Assembly: GCA_963693015.1 (NCBI GenBank)
Contig: OY843748.1
Location: 3,651,059-3,715,058 of the forward strand
From: a bacterium
GTDB taxonomy: Bacteria > JAAXHH01
Direction of reading: 5' to 3'
DNA: 64,000 nucleotides
Below are positions 19,900 to 30,339 of the stretch, one piece after another (position 1 is the stretch's first letter; each line of letters begins with the position of its first letter). The translations under genes and the position numbers were made by a program. Under the pieces are notes generated by a model. That model worked only from the letters and a program-made list of their open reading frames with translations. It ran no database searches and was not told the DNA's origin.

Positions 19900-21030
19900 A
19901 TGGCCCTTCACGAGGAACGCCCTATGCCTCCGGAGTATTACCCCACCTACGACAGTGTAAGCGTTCGGCCCTTGATCAACTGCAAGGGTACCCTGACCAT
20001 GTACAGCGGTTCGGTCATGCTGCCCGAAGTCAGACAGGCCATGGCCGAAGCGTCCAAAAAGTATGTGCATATCGAAGAACTGATCGACGGGGTCGGCCGG
20101 CGTATCGGGGAGATCATGAAGACGGAATTCGGCCTCGTGACCAATGGATGCGCCGCGGCGCTTTGCCAGGTGACCGCCGCCTGCGTGGCAGGGACGGATC
20201 CGGTTCGTATCGCCCGGTTGCCCGATACCACGGACATGAAGAACGAAGTCATCACGCTCAAGACCCACCGGCACGCCTACGACCACGCCATCCGTATGAC
20301 CGGCATAACGCTTGTCGAAGTGGAAGACGATCCTGATGCCTTTCGGTCTGCCTTAAACGAGCGGACGGCGATGGTCGCGATCTTCGGCGACCGGGCGGGC
20401 GACGGCGTGATGACCGTCCGGGAAATCGCCTCCATCGCCCACGGACACGGCGTTCCCGTGTTCGTCGACGCGGCCGCCGAACGGCCGGACGTACCGAACC
20501 CGTACCTGGCCGACGGCGTGGACGCGGTGGCCTACAGCGGGGGCAAGTGCCTGCGCGGACCCCAGGCCTCCGGGCTGGTCCTGGGCCGGCGGGACCTGCT
20601 GTGGGCCGCCTTCATGAACGGCGCCCCGCACCATTCCATCGCTCGGCCCATGAAGGCCGGCAAGGAGGAAATCATGGGCCTCCTGGCCGCGGTGGAGCAG
20701 TGGGGGGTGAGAGACCACGAAGCGGAATGGAAGGCGTGGGAAGGATATCTTCAGACGGTAATCGACGCCGTTGCGCCCCTTCCATCCATACGGACGACGA
20801 TCCGTCAACCGGGCCGGTCCAACGTGGCGCCGGTTTTGCACATAGACTGGGAGACCTCGGAAATCGGCATCCATCCGGACGAAGTCGTGCAACAGTTGTC
20901 CGAAGGCGAGCCCCGGGTCGAAATGGGCGGGGGCGGCGGCCTGTCCGTCATGCCCTATATGATGGAACCCGGCGAGGATGCCCTGGTGGCCGCCCGGCTC
21001 AGGGAGATCCTGGAACCGCGGGTACGGTGA
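19900..21030 (+). CDS. SelA-like PLP-dependent enzyme (L-seryl-tRNA(Sec) selenium transferase / DgaE family)
   Basis: YSGGKCLRGPQASGLVLGRRDLL resembles the SelA/DgaE PLP-lysine region. The ATG at 19900 is preferred over the upstream start at 19852. Confidence 0.6.
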   Translation: MALHEERPMPPEYYPTYDSVSVRPLINCKGTLTMYSGSVMLPEVRQAMAEASKKYVHIEELIDGVGRRIGEIMKTEFGLVTNGCAAALCQVTAACVAGTDPVRIARLPDTTDMKNEVITLKTHRHAYDHAIRMTGITLVEVEDDPDAFRSALNERTAMVAIFGDRAGDGVMTVREIASIAHGHGVPVFVDAAAERPDVPNPYLADGVDAVAYSGGKCLRGPQASGLVLGRRDLLWAAFMNGAPHHSIARPMKAGKEEIMGLLAAVEQWGVRDHEAEWKAWEGYLQTVIDAVAPLPSIRTTIRQPGRSNVAPVLHIDWETSEIGIHPDEVVQQLSEGEPRVEMGGGGGLSVMPYMMEPGEDALVAARLREILEPRVR

Positions 21031-21084
21031 ACGGGGGAAGGACGCCATGAAATCAGAAAGACGCCATGAAATCAGAAGGATGCC

Positions 21085-21399
21085 ATGAAAGTAATCGTTG
21101 ATCTGTGCGTGGTGCCCATCGGGGTCGGCGTATCGGTATCCGAATACGTAACGGCCTGTGAAAGGGTGCTGAAGAAGGCGGGACTCAAGACCTTCATGCA
21201 TGCCTACGGCACCAATATCGAAGGCGAATGGGAGGAAGTATTCGCCGCCGTGAGACAGTGTCACGAGACCGTGCACGAAATGGGCGCGCCGCGGATTTCC
21301 ACGACCATCCGCCTGGGTACGCGGACCGACCGCGCGCAGACCATGGAAGAGAAGATCGAAAGCGTCGAGCAGAAGTTGAAAGACGAAACGTCTTCCTGA
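21085..21399 (+). CDS. MTH1187/YkoF-family protein (DUF77, thiamine-binding-like)
   Basis: 104 aa. N-terminal MKVIVDLCVVPIGVG...SEYV matches the family signature. Confidence 0.7.
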   Translation: MKVIVDLCVVPIGVGVSVSEYVTACERVLKKAGLKTFMHAYGTNIEGEWEEVFAAVRQCHETVHEMGAPRISTTIRLGTRTDRAQTMEEKIESVEQKLKDETSS

Positions 21400-21406
21400 T
21401 GCGGCC

Positions 21407-22570
21407 ATGAAGATCACCGACGTCCGAACGTTTCTCATGAACGCCTCGCCGCCGGGAAAAGCCTCCTGGCGCCACTGGCTCTTCGTCAAGGTGTATACAG
21501 ATGAAGGTCTATACGGCGTAGGCGAATGCTGGGGCTGGCCGCGCGTCGTCGAAACGGCCATACACGACCTCAAATCCCTCGTCATCGGCGAGGATCCCTT
21601 CCACGTCGAGCGTCTCTGGCACAAGATGTTCGCGGCGGTCATGGGACACGGCATGACGGGCGTGGTCGGCAGCGGAGCCCTGACCGGCATCGAGATGGCC
21701 CTCTGGGACATCAAGGGGAAGGCCCTCGGCACGCCCGTGTGGAACCTGCTGGGCGGCAAGATGCGGGACCGCATCCGTCTCTACGGCCACGCCTTCGACA
21801 TGGACCGGGCCCACGATCTGGTCGAGCGTGGGTTTACCGGCCTCAAGTTGTTCGGCTGGAACGACTGCGTTTCGCGGGTCGAGGCGCTGCGAGATGCGTT
21901 CGGCCCGGACGTCGACCTGATGGTGGACGCGGGCGGGGGGCCGTGGCAGACGCCGGGAGACGCCATCGCGCTGGGGAAGCGCCTGGAGCCTTGTGCCCTG
22001 CTGTTCTATGAAGATCCGGTATCTTCCCTGGACGTCGAGGCGGTCGCAAAAGTGTCGGACGCCGTGAACGTCCCTATCGCCATCGGGGAAAGCCATCCCG
22101 GCGTTTACTCCCTGGCGCCCTTGATCCAACGGGGAATCATCGACGTGGCACAGCCCGATACGGGCCGCTTCGGCGGGTTGCTGCAGATGAAGAAACTCGC
22201 GGCCATCGCCGAGGCCCACTCCGTCATGGTGGCTCCCCACGACGGCTCGCTGGGTCCCGTGGCGGAAATGGCGGCCGTGCACCTGCTGGCCGCGATTCCC
22301 AATTTCCTCATCCAGGAGCACCTGGCCAACGACGTCCCCCAGCGGTACGAAGTCATGACCGGCCAGCCCGTGATCGAGGAGGGACACATCGTCGTCCCGG
22401 ATACGCCGGGCCTGGGCGTGGATATCGACGAGGGCGTTATCGCGCGCTACCCGCCCCACCCGAATAGCATGCCGGTGGACGACAACGCCTCCGAATACGA
22501 CTTTCAGTACGTCGCCGCCCACGGGAAACGGGCGCGCTGGCTGGAGGGGAGCGGGAAGGGTTGGAATTAG
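21407..22570 (+). CDS. enolase-superfamily dehydratase (mandelate racemase/muconate-lactonizing enzyme family; galactonate/mannonate dehydratase-like)
   Basis: MKITDVRTF start, typical of MR/MLE N-terminal domains, with conserved metal-ligand D/E pattern in the C-terminal barrel. Confidence 0.8.
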   Translation: MKITDVRTFLMNASPPGKASWRHWLFVKVYTDEGLYGVGECWGWPRVVETAIHDLKSLVIGEDPFHVERLWHKMFAAVMGHGMTGVVGSGALTGIEMALWDIKGKALGTPVWNLLGGKMRDRIRLYGHAFDMDRAHDLVERGFTGLKLFGWNDCVSRVEALRDAFGPDVDLMVDAGGGPWQTPGDAIALGKRLEPCALLFYEDPVSSLDVEAVAKVSDAVNVPIAIGESHPGVYSLAPLIQRGIIDVAQPDTGRFGGLLQMKKLAAIAEAHSVMVAPHDGSLGPVAEMAAVHLLAAIPNFLIQEHLANDVPQRYEVMTGQPVIEEGHIVVPDTPGLGVDIDEGVIARYPPHPNSMPVDDNASEYDFQYVAAHGKRARWLEGSGKGWN

Positions 22571-22654
22571 TCCGGGACCGCCGCCGGCTCCGGCTCGTAC
22601 CCGCCGCCGGCCCAGGTGCGCTGCCGCCCAGACGCGCACCCGCCGGGAATGCAG

Positions 22655-23620
22655 CTAGTTCCCGACGGCCTCGCTGATGTGTCCGAACAGCCGTCGAATA
22701 CGTTTTACGTGCATTTCGGGGAGGGGCCCCTTGGCGATGCTGTGGATGTTCTGTTCGATCTTGTCCAGGGTAACGGCGCTGCACACGGCGGTGGTCACCC
22801 CTTCCGTGTACACGACGAATCGATAGGCCGCTTCGACCAGCGTCTCGATATCGGGATCCTCGAGCAGGAAGTCGTAGGGCGCCCTGGGATCGATGGATTC
22901 ATCCAGTAGTTCCTGACGCTGAAGTTCTTCGATCGTCTCCTTGAGGCGCGACGGATCCTTGAAGATGTTCCGTACCGAGAAGATGTTCATGACCCCCACG
23001 TCGTGCGCCCGACAGTACGGGAAGACCGTATGGTGAGCAGACTGGTTGAGCATGCTGTAGGCGATCATGATGACGTCCAGCTGCCCGGTCGGCAGCGCCG
23101 CCCGCAACCATGCATGGGCGCCGTCGGACAACGCGGTCTCGCTGGATCCGAGGAAACGGATCTTGCCCTGCCGGCACAGCCGTTCCAGGATGGGAAACTG
23201 CTCGTTGATCATATAGTCGAAATCGGCCGTCTCGGTCGCGGCGATCAGCGCCACGTCGATCGCGTCGACTCCCAGGCGGCGCAGGCTGGTCTCGATGGAA
23301 TCCGTGATGTGCCCGGGCGTCATCAGGATCGGCCCGCGCTCCTCGTCGAGCTGCGAGAGCACGACCCGCGTGGCAACGTGGTATCGGTCGCGGGGGATAC
23401 TTCGAAAGGCGCGCCCGAGTATCGCCTCGGCTTCAAGGTAGCCCGGAGACGTATCGAAGAGGTTGATGCCCAGATCCAGGACCCCGTGCACGAGTCGGTG
23501 CATCTCCGGCTCGGTCAACGGGGGATCGCTGGTCTGACCCAGCCGGTTGTAGCCGCCGGAGCCCATGCTCAGCGTCGATACGTTCAAGCCCGTACGGCCC
23601 AGGGGACGGTAGGAAACCAT
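22655..23620 (-). CDS. aldo/keto reductase
   Basis: LGRTGLNVSTLSMGSGGY...DTSPGY are AKR N-terminal signatures. Confidence 0.8.
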   Translation of the reverse strand: MVSYRPLGRTGLNVSTLSMGSGGYNRLGQTSDPPLTEPEMHRLVHGVLDLGINLFDTSPGYLEAEAILGRAFRSIPRDRYHVATRVVLSQLDEERGPILMTPGHITDSIETSLRRLGVDAIDVALIAATETADFDYMINEQFPILERLCRQGKIRFLGSSETALSDGAHAWLRAALPTGQLDVIMIAYSMLNQSAHHTVFPYCRAHDVGVMNIFSVRNIFKDPSRLKETIEELQRQELLDESIDPRAPYDFLLEDPDIETLVEAAYRFVVYTEGVTTAVCSAVTLDKIEQNIHSIAKGPLPEMHVKRIRRLFGHISEAVGN

Positions 23621-23751
23621 GTCAACTCCCGCTCATGTCGAATGGGGTGAGATTCGCCTTTACAAAAGGGTTGGTTTTGACTATCGATCTTGCATCATAT
23701 CCCAACGTCGGAAACCACGTTATGGAGTCACATTAAGCGGAAGGAACGGGC

Positions 23752-24582
23752 ATGTCAACCGTCGAAGACCTCGTGAAGCGGATCAAGATCGAAGGCTGGT
23801 GCGTTGCGGACGGCGTAATACCCCCTGACGAGGTGGCGAAGGTCCGCGAGAGCCTGATCGCCACGGCGGACGAAAGGCCCGAGGACCTGACGAACGGCCG
23901 CCATTGCGTTCGGGGCATCATCGCCTGCGACCCGACGATCGCCCCCTACCTTTCCGACGACCGGATCATGGGCGTCACCGAGGCGTTCTTCGGCCAGCAC
24001 GTCCGCATTTCCATGACCACGGGCGTCATCCTCCACCCCGGATATCCCCGGACGGACGACCCGGGCGGAGGCCTTCACGCAGACTGGCCCTTCGGACAGG
24101 GCTACGACTATCGCATCCCGGCGCCCTATCCCGACGCGCCGCTGCTGCTGACCAGCCTCTGGATGCTTACGCCCTTTACCAGGGAGAACGGCGGTACGGT
24201 ACTGGTGCCCGGAAGCCACAAGGCGGGCAACAATCCGACGGGCGACGGCAGCCTCGTGCGGGGGGCGAGCCACCCATCTGAGATTCAGGCCGAAGGAAAG
24301 CCGGGAAGCGTGCTCATCTTCGACAGCCGGACCTGGCATATAAACGGACACAACAACAGCGACGAGACCCGCATGGCCGTAATCGCACGGTACGCGGCGT
24401 GGTGGTTCAACCTCAACCCGCTGATTCCCGGTCTTTCGGACTTCGAACGCGATGCGGCCAACCGGGGATTCCGGCCTGACGACGTCGTGCCGCTGACCCC
24501 GGAGCAGTACGAGGCGCTGCCGGAACGGACGAAACCGCTGTTCCATCATATCGTCCTGGGACAGCAGGTCCTGCCCTCGTGA
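23752..24582 (+). CDS. phytanoyl-CoA dioxygenase (PhyH) family Fe(II)/2OG oxygenase
   Basis: HADW..D and H...R facial-triad spacing, PhyH-like length, and an RBS AAGGAA upstream. Confidence 0.7.
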   Translation: MSTVEDLVKRIKIEGWCVADGVIPPDEVAKVRESLIATADERPEDLTNGRHCVRGIIACDPTIAPYLSDDRIMGVTEAFFGQHVRISMTTGVILHPGYPRTDDPGGGLHADWPFGQGYDYRIPAPYPDAPLLLTSLWMLTPFTRENGGTVLVPGSHKAGNNPTGDGSLVRGASHPSEIQAEGKPGSVLIFDSRTWHINGHNNSDETRMAVIARYAAWWFNLNPLIPGLSDFERDAANRGFRPDDVVPLTPEQYEALPERTKPLFHHIVLGQQVLPS

Positions 24583-24664
24583 TCACGTTCGGCCCCTGCG
24601 ATTTCAGCATCCCGGTTGTCCATGCGGGGATGAAATTTGAAGTGGATGGAACCAGGTACGACAA

Positions 24665-26128
24665 ATGACCGGTAGCAACCGCCCCAACGTGGTCCTCATC
24701 TGCGCCGACCAGCTTCGCGGCGACACCCTGGGCATCGCGGGCCACCCCGTGGTCCACACGCCCGGTATCGACGCGCTGGCCCATACCGGACACTACTTTC
24801 CCCGTGCCGTCTCCGAAGTGCCATCATGCGTCGGCGCCCGCCGGACCCTCTTCAGCGGTCAGTGGCCGATCACCCACGGCATGGTCGGATTCGACGACAT
24901 GGCGCCCTGGGACGAACCGGACACGCTCTGCCGGGTATTCCAGCGCAACGGCTACAAGACCTACTGCATCGGGAAGAGGCACGTCTACCCCCAGGACGCA
25001 CCCTGCGGCTTCGACCGTATCGTCGCCCACGAGGAAGGCCGGTTCCTGTCGCCCGGATACAGGGATGATTACATCGACTGGCTGGCGGAGCAGGGATGGG
25101 GCGATTTCGGCCTGTTCAACGCGGGCGTGACCAACAACGGGTACACGGCCCGTCCCTGTGTCTTCCCCGAAGAGTTCCACGTGACCACCTGGACGGCCAC
25201 GCAGGCCATCCGCGTCATGGATGAGCACGCGCGGGATCACGGCCATGACACGCCCTTCTTCCTGTTCGTATCCTTCAGCAAGCCCCATCCGCCCTGGGAC
25301 CCGCCGGCGTTCTTCTACGAGCGATACGCCGACGACCCCGATCTGCCCGACCCGGTCATCGGCGATCCGTCCCGTTACGTGGGTGGACGCACGCCCTTCG
25401 TCAAGGCCCACGGCCCCTTCCCGGAAGCCGAGTATCTCCCCCTGTCCCGCAAGAACGTCCGGCGGGCCCGGGCGGGATATTACGGCTGCATCGATCACGT
25501 GGACACACAGATCACGCGGTTCACCTATCACATGTGGCGCATGCTCCAGCTGCGCAATCTGGTCTTCGCCTTCGTCGGCGACCACGGCGACATGATGGGC
25601 GACCACCATTACTGGGCGAAGTCCTACGGGTACGAGGGTTCGATCCGCGTGCCCTTCGTCCTGAACTTCCCCGCGCAGATGGATCTCCCCGCGGGCCGCC
25701 GGTACCCCGAAACGACCGTGGGCCTGGCCGACCTGATGCCCACGCTGCTCGACGTGTGCGGCCTGCCCGCGCCCGGCCGCATGGACGGCCGTTCGCTCAT
25801 GCCGCTCGTGCGGGGCGAGACGGACCGGCTGGACCGGGAGCGTCTGCACGCCGAGCACCTCGAATTCGGCCATTACCTGGTAAACCACAGGGAGAAGTTC
25901 ATCTGGCACTACCGTACCGGGCAGTTCGAATACTACGATCTCCAGGAAGATCCGCTCGAGTGCCGGAACCTGTACAGCGATGATCATCCGAGGGCTCGAG
26001 GCCTTCGGGACCAACTGCGGGACCGCATCGTGGAGCAGGGCCGGGAGAAGGACTTCATGCGCGACGGGAAACTGAACAACGAAGTCGCGCAAAGCCACAC
26101 GCACGAGCTCCCGCCCTACGCCGTGTAG
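24665..26128 (+). CDS. sulfatase-family hydrolase (alkaline-phosphatase superfamily)
   Basis: VVLICADQLRGD N-terminal sulfatase motif. The expected C/S-x-P/A-x-R FGly box is here CVGAR, a non-canonical third position. Confidence 0.7.
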   Translation: MTGSNRPNVVLICADQLRGDTLGIAGHPVVHTPGIDALAHTGHYFPRAVSEVPSCVGARRTLFSGQWPITHGMVGFDDMAPWDEPDTLCRVFQRNGYKTYCIGKRHVYPQDAPCGFDRIVAHEEGRFLSPGYRDDYIDWLAEQGWGDFGLFNAGVTNNGYTARPCVFPEEFHVTTWTATQAIRVMDEHARDHGHDTPFFLFVSFSKPHPPWDPPAFFYERYADDPDLPDPVIGDPSRYVGGRTPFVKAHGPFPEAEYLPLSRKNVRRARAGYYGCIDHVDTQITRFTYHMWRMLQLRNLVFAFVGDHGDMMGDHHYWAKSYGYEGSIRVPFVLNFPAQMDLPAGRRYPETTVGLADLMPTLLDVCGLPAPGRMDGRSLMPLVRGETDRLDRERLHAEHLEFGHYLVNHREKFIWHYRTGQFEYYDLQEDPLECRNLYSDDHPRARGLRDQLRDRIVEQGREKDFMRDGKLNNEVAQSHTHELPPYAV

Positions 26129-26288
26129 GTCTGGAGACGCCGCGTTGCGGCGATCGCGTAACGCCCCGCCGATGTCGCGTCGAATCGACCGGGTGCCGCG
26201 CCGTAAACGCCGCGCCGTAAACGTCGCGTTGATCCGGCCGGACCATGCGGGACTTCAGACACCCGATGAACCGGTGGCGAGGTACAGG

Positions 26289-27281
26289 ATGGAAAAGCCG
26301 TTCGAGACCACCTATGACCGCAAAGGGCTGCGGCCCCGATTTCCCGAATCGGTTCCGCCCGAAAAGATCCGCGACAAGCTGCTGGAGCTCTTCGGCATGG
26401 CGGACATCCCCGGGCAGGTCGACTTCTCCGTGGGCGATTCACGGGTGGAAGACGCCATCCGGCTCACCCATCTTACCTACGCCAATTCCCACGGGGAGAC
26501 GGTCCCGGCCATCCTGATCGAACCCCTGGACGATCCGGCCGAATACCTGCCGGGCGTGGTCTGCGTGCCGGGAACGGGCGGATCGGCCGAGCGCATGGCC
26601 CTCGGACGGTTCTACAAGGACGGCCCGAATGAGCCGCCGCTCTACGGCTGGGCACGGGAACTGGCGCGGCGGGGCTACGTCGCCCTGGCCATATCGCCCA
26701 AGGGTTGCCACGGCCGGGGTACGAACGAGGTGTCCTGGTACATCGAACTCAAGCACCTGCTGGCCTACGGCATTTCGCAGATGGGGCTCCTCGTGGAGGA
26801 AGCGCTCAGGGGCGTCCGCGTGCTCGAAGTGCAGGACCGGATCGGGAACAACAAGGTGGGGCTGACCGGCATGTCCCTGGGGGGCAACGCGACGTGGTAC
26901 GCCATGGCCTGCGCTCCGTGGCTGGCGACAGGCGTGCCCATCTGCGGCGGCGTCGGACAACTGGAGAGCGTCATACGGGGAGGCGACCTGTACCGGCACA
27001 GCGCCTACTTCTACGTGCCCCACCTGCTCCGTTACTTCGACCATCCCGAAATCGTCGCGAACTGCATTGCGCCACGGCCCTTCATGATGGTGGCGCCCAC
27101 GTCCGACGAGGACATGCCGAAGTCCGGTGTCGACGAACTCATTCGCGTGGTGGCGCCGGTTTACCGAGACGCCGGTGCGAGCGATCATTTCCGCGTATAC
27201 CAGCCCGATGGCAACCACGTCTTCCGGTTCGAGTACTTCGAATGGATGGTGGACTGGTTCGACCAACATCTCAAGGGATAA
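26289..27281 (+). CDS. alpha/beta-hydrolase (dienelactone hydrolase / acetyl-xylan-esterase-like)
   Basis: GMSLGG nucleophile elbow. The start is set at the ATG at 26289 (MEKPF...) rather than the Arg-rich upstream extension. Confidence 0.6.
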   Translation: MEKPFETTYDRKGLRPRFPESVPPEKIRDKLLELFGMADIPGQVDFSVGDSRVEDAIRLTHLTYANSHGETVPAILIEPLDDPAEYLPGVVCVPGTGGSAERMALGRFYKDGPNEPPLYGWARELARRGYVALAISPKGCHGRGTNEVSWYIELKHLLAYGISQMGLLVEEALRGVRVLEVQDRIGNNKVGLTGMSLGGNATWYAMACAPWLATGVPICGGVGQLESVIRGGDLYRHSAYFYVPHLLRYFDHPEIVANCIAPRPFMMVAPTSDEDMPKSGVDELIRVVAPVYRDAGASDHFRVYQPDGNHVFRFEYFEWMVDWFDQHLKG

Positions 27282-27320
27282 TGCCCTTGACGGTCGTCGA
27301 AAACCGGCCTTACTTTAACC

Positions 27321-28565
27321 GTGTTCCCAGCAACATCATCCACGCAGGGTAAACCCGTGAGCGAATCCGCCAGGGACACAAGAGGATCGATTGAATCCTC
27401 CGGCAAGGCCGAATCTCCCGGTCCGCCTGGACAGCCCGGTCCGCCTGGACAGCCCGAAATCGTCGGTCCGGACCCCGCCGCGCTGACCGACGAGGAAGTG
27501 CTGACCGAGGGGCCGCAGTACAACGCGCCGCTCCCGAAGAAGCGCGTGAAGTGGTACCGATGCCGCTTGACCCGTGCGCAGTTGGCCAGCCTGAACAGAC
27601 GCAGCGATTTTCTCGGATTCGTCCAGACCCTGGGCTATCTCGCCGTACTCGCCGCGGGGGCCGGTATCGCCATCTACTCTTCCCTTAACTGGCCCTGGTA
27701 CGTAACCCTCCTGCTGGTGTTCGTCAACGGGCATTTCTGGCATTTCCTGGTAAACGGGTTTCACGAACTGGTCCACGATTCCGTCTTCAGGACCCGCTGG
27801 CTCAACCGGTTCTTCCTCCGCGTCTATTCCTTCCTGGGGTGGCATAGCCATCACCACTTCTGGGCAAGCCATACCGAACATCATAAGTATACGCTCCATC
27901 ATCCCGACGACCAGGAGGTGGTCCTGCCCGCGAAGTTCGACCTGCGTAACATGTGGAAGTGGTCGATCGTCAACTACCGCTATCCCTACGACCTGGTAAA
28001 AGGCAAACTGGCAGCTTTCGCTGGGAAGATCCCGAACGACCGATGGACGCAGGAGCTCTTTCCGGAAAGCGATCCGGAGCGGCGCCGCGCCTACACCAAC
28101 TGGGAACGGATCATGTTCACCGGGCACGTGCTGATCGCGGGCGTATCGCTGGCATACGGCCTCTGGGTCGTTCCCCTGGTCATCACCTTTCCGAAGATGT
28201 TCGGCTCATGGCTTCAGTTCCTGTGCAATGCCACGCAGCACGTGGGCCTGCAGGACGAGGTTCCCGACTACAGACTGTGCTGCAGGACGTTCTATATCAA
28301 CCCCGTCCTGCAGTTCCTGTACTGGCACATGAACTACCATACCGAGCACCACATGTACGCCGCGGTGCCTTGCTACAGGCTGGGCCGCCTGCACCGGCTC
28401 ATCAAACACGAGATGCCCTACTGCACCAGCGGCCTGTGGGAGACCTGGAAGCAGATCATCCGGATCATGGACCGCCAGCAAGTGGAACCCGACTACCAGT
28501 TCGTCGCCGAACTCCCGGCGCCCGCCGTGGCCGCGGAACGGAAGACGGTCCCGGTCGCTAATTAG
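27321..28565 (+). CDS. membrane fatty-acid desaturase/hydroxylase family protein (di-iron, His-box)
   Basis: His boxes HELVHD, HTEHHKYTLHHPDD and HTEHHMY. The start codon is uncertain (GTG at 27321 or 27357). Confidence 0.7.
   Translation: MFPATSSTQGKPVSESARDTRGSIESSGKAESPGPPGQPGPPGQPEIVGPDPAALTDEEVLTEGPQYNAPLPKKRVKWYRCRLTRAQLASLNRRSDFLGFVQTLGYLAVLAAGAGIAIYSSLNWPWYVTLLLVFVNGHFWHFLVNGFHELVHDSVFRTRWLNRFFLRVYSFLGWHSHHHFWASHTEHHKYTLHHPDDQEVVLPAKFDLRNMWKWSIVNYRYPYDLVKGKLAAFAGKIPNDRWTQELFPESDPERRRAYTNWERIMFTGHVLIAGVSLAYGLWVVPLVITFPKMFGSWLQFLCNATQHVGLQDEVPDYRLCCRTFYINPVLQFLYWHMNYHTEHHMYAAVPCYRLGRLHRLIKHEMPYCTSGLWETWKQIIRIMDRQQVEPDYQFVAELPAPAVAAERKTVPVAN
27417..27452. repeat. 18-bp x2 tandem repeat encoding PGPPGQ-PGPPGQ in the desaturase N-terminus
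   Basis: Seen directly. Confidence 0.8.
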
Positions 28566-28617
28566 TCCGGCGGCCCGTTCGCCGCAATGAATCCTCCGCG
28601 CACCGTCAGGAATTTTC

Positions 28618-29745
28618 ATGAAAATCACCGGCATCAGGCTCTTCGTCCTGGAAGATCCCGCCCAGCCGCAGTATTACCATGAACTCAGGCAGGTTCCGGG
28701 CCTGAGACGCACGCAATACACCCACGGCAGCACGCAGCATCCGAAGGGCGGCAACCTGCGCCAGCACTTCATCCGGGTGGAGACCGACGAAGGCGTCGAG
28801 GGCACGTGCACGACCACCATGGACCGGGAGCAGGTGGAGATCCTGCGCGCGCAGGTGCTGGGCAGGAATCCGCTGAACCGCGAAGAACTGTTCCAGCTGC
28901 TGCACAAGGGCACGCGCTGGCTGTACCAGAGGCCGGGATGGTTCGGCGACTTCGACAACTGCCTCTGGGACATCGCGGGCAAGAAGGCCGGCCTGCCCGT
29001 CTACGCCCTGATCGGCCGGGTACGTGCCCGCTTTCCCGTGTACCTGACCGGGGGCGATTCCGATATCGAGACCTACCTGCGGATGATCGAGGAGGGCGGG
29101 GAGTACGGGGTAGATGCCTACAAGTTCCACACCTACAAGGGCGGAAAGGCGGACATCCCCATCTTCCGGGAGGTCCGAAGGATCGTCGGCCCCGATTACC
29201 TGCTCCTGAACGACCCGGTCTGTTCCTACACGCTCCGGGAAGCCATCGAGGTGGGGCGGGTCATGGAGGAATTGGATTTCATCTGGCTGGAAGAACCGAT
29301 GCACGAACAGAAAGAGCACCAGTACCGGGTACTGTGCGAGGAGCTGACCATACCGGTAATGGGGAACGAAACGCTGATGCACGACCTGGGGATTTCGACC
29401 CAGCGGCTGATATCCGGGGCGACCGACCTGCTGCGCGCCAACGCCCGTTTCGGGACCACGCAGGTGCTCAAGATGGCCCATTTCGCCGAGATGTACGACA
29501 CCAACGTCGAACTGAACGCCGAAGGCGGCCTCTTCGGCCTCGTCCACGCCCATCTCGGATGCTGTATCGACAATACGAGCTTCTACGAGACCGGCGGCAA
29601 CGGCTTCATAGACACGGCCAGCACCTGGGGGATGGTCAACAAGCCCCTCGTCGAGGACGGTCACATCGTACCGCCCGGCGGTCCCGGCTGGGGCGCGGAG
29701 TGGGACCTGGACCGGTTCGAGGCCATGACCGTGGCCGAGTATTGA
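28618..29745 (+). CDS. enolase-superfamily dehydratase (MR/MLE family), second paralogue
   Basis: MKITGIRLFVL N-terminus and MR/MLE fold signatures. Confidence 0.8.
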   Translation: MKITGIRLFVLEDPAQPQYYHELRQVPGLRRTQYTHGSTQHPKGGNLRQHFIRVETDEGVEGTCTTTMDREQVEILRAQVLGRNPLNREELFQLLHKGTRWLYQRPGWFGDFDNCLWDIAGKKAGLPVYALIGRVRARFPVYLTGGDSDIETYLRMIEEGGEYGVDAYKFHTYKGGKADIPIFREVRRIVGPDYLLLNDPVCSYTLREAIEVGRVMEELDFIWLEEPMHEQKEHQYRVLCEELTIPVMGNETLMHDLGISTQRLISGATDLLRANARFGTTQVLKMAHFAEMYDTNVELNAEGGLFGLVHAHLGCCIDNTSFYETGGNGFIDTASTWGMVNKPLVEDGHIVPPGGPGWGAEWDLDRFEAMTVAEY

Positions 29746-29816
29746 AGTCCGGCCTGCGCCATCCACTTGAATCCCTGGCCGACCTCCCGCTTGAATCCTG
29801 GCCTGCGCCTCCCGCG

Positions 29817-30290
29817 TTACACTTCCAGGTACTTGATCTCGCCGCGTATATACTTTGCAGATACCTGAAGGCGTGCGACCGTGACGGGCAGGCTGAAGCG
29901 GCGGGGGCCCGCGCTCCCGGGGTTGAGGTGCCACACTCCGCCGCCGCGCCTTTCCCATACCGGACGGTGGGAATGGCCGAAAACGATCACGTCGATGCCG
30001 GCGGCGACCGGGTCCACGTCTAAATCTTCCATATCGTGCACGACGTAGATCGACCGGCCTCCGGCTTCCAGCAGTTCGGTCATCGACAGCCGCGCCGCCC
30101 ACGGCTCATAGTCCGTATTGCCCCGGACCGCCGTTACCGGCGCGATCTCCGCCAGCGCTTCCAGGATATCCTCGCCGCCCACGTCCCCGCCGTGAATGAT
30201 CCCCTCCACCCCGGCCAGCGCGGCCGCGGCCTCCGGCCGCAACAGGCCGTGGGTATCCGAAATCACACCGATCTCGACGGGTTGGCTCAT
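29817..30290 (-). CDS. metallophosphoesterase, YfcE/MJ0936 family
   Basis: GVISDTHG ... GGDVGG ... GHSH motifs. Confidence 0.8.
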   Translation of the reverse strand: MSQPVEIGVISDTHGLLRPEAAAALAGVEGIIHGGDVGGEDILEALAEIAPVTAVRGNTDYEPWAARLSMTELLEAGGRSIYVVHDMEDLDVDPVAAGIDVIVFGHSHRPVWERRGGGVWHLNPGSAGPRRFSLPVTVARLQVSAKYIRGEIKYLEV

Positions 30291-30339
30291 AGGTCCCCGG
30301 GTTAACGTACGGTTCCACCAGGATTGCCCGGCAGGATCG

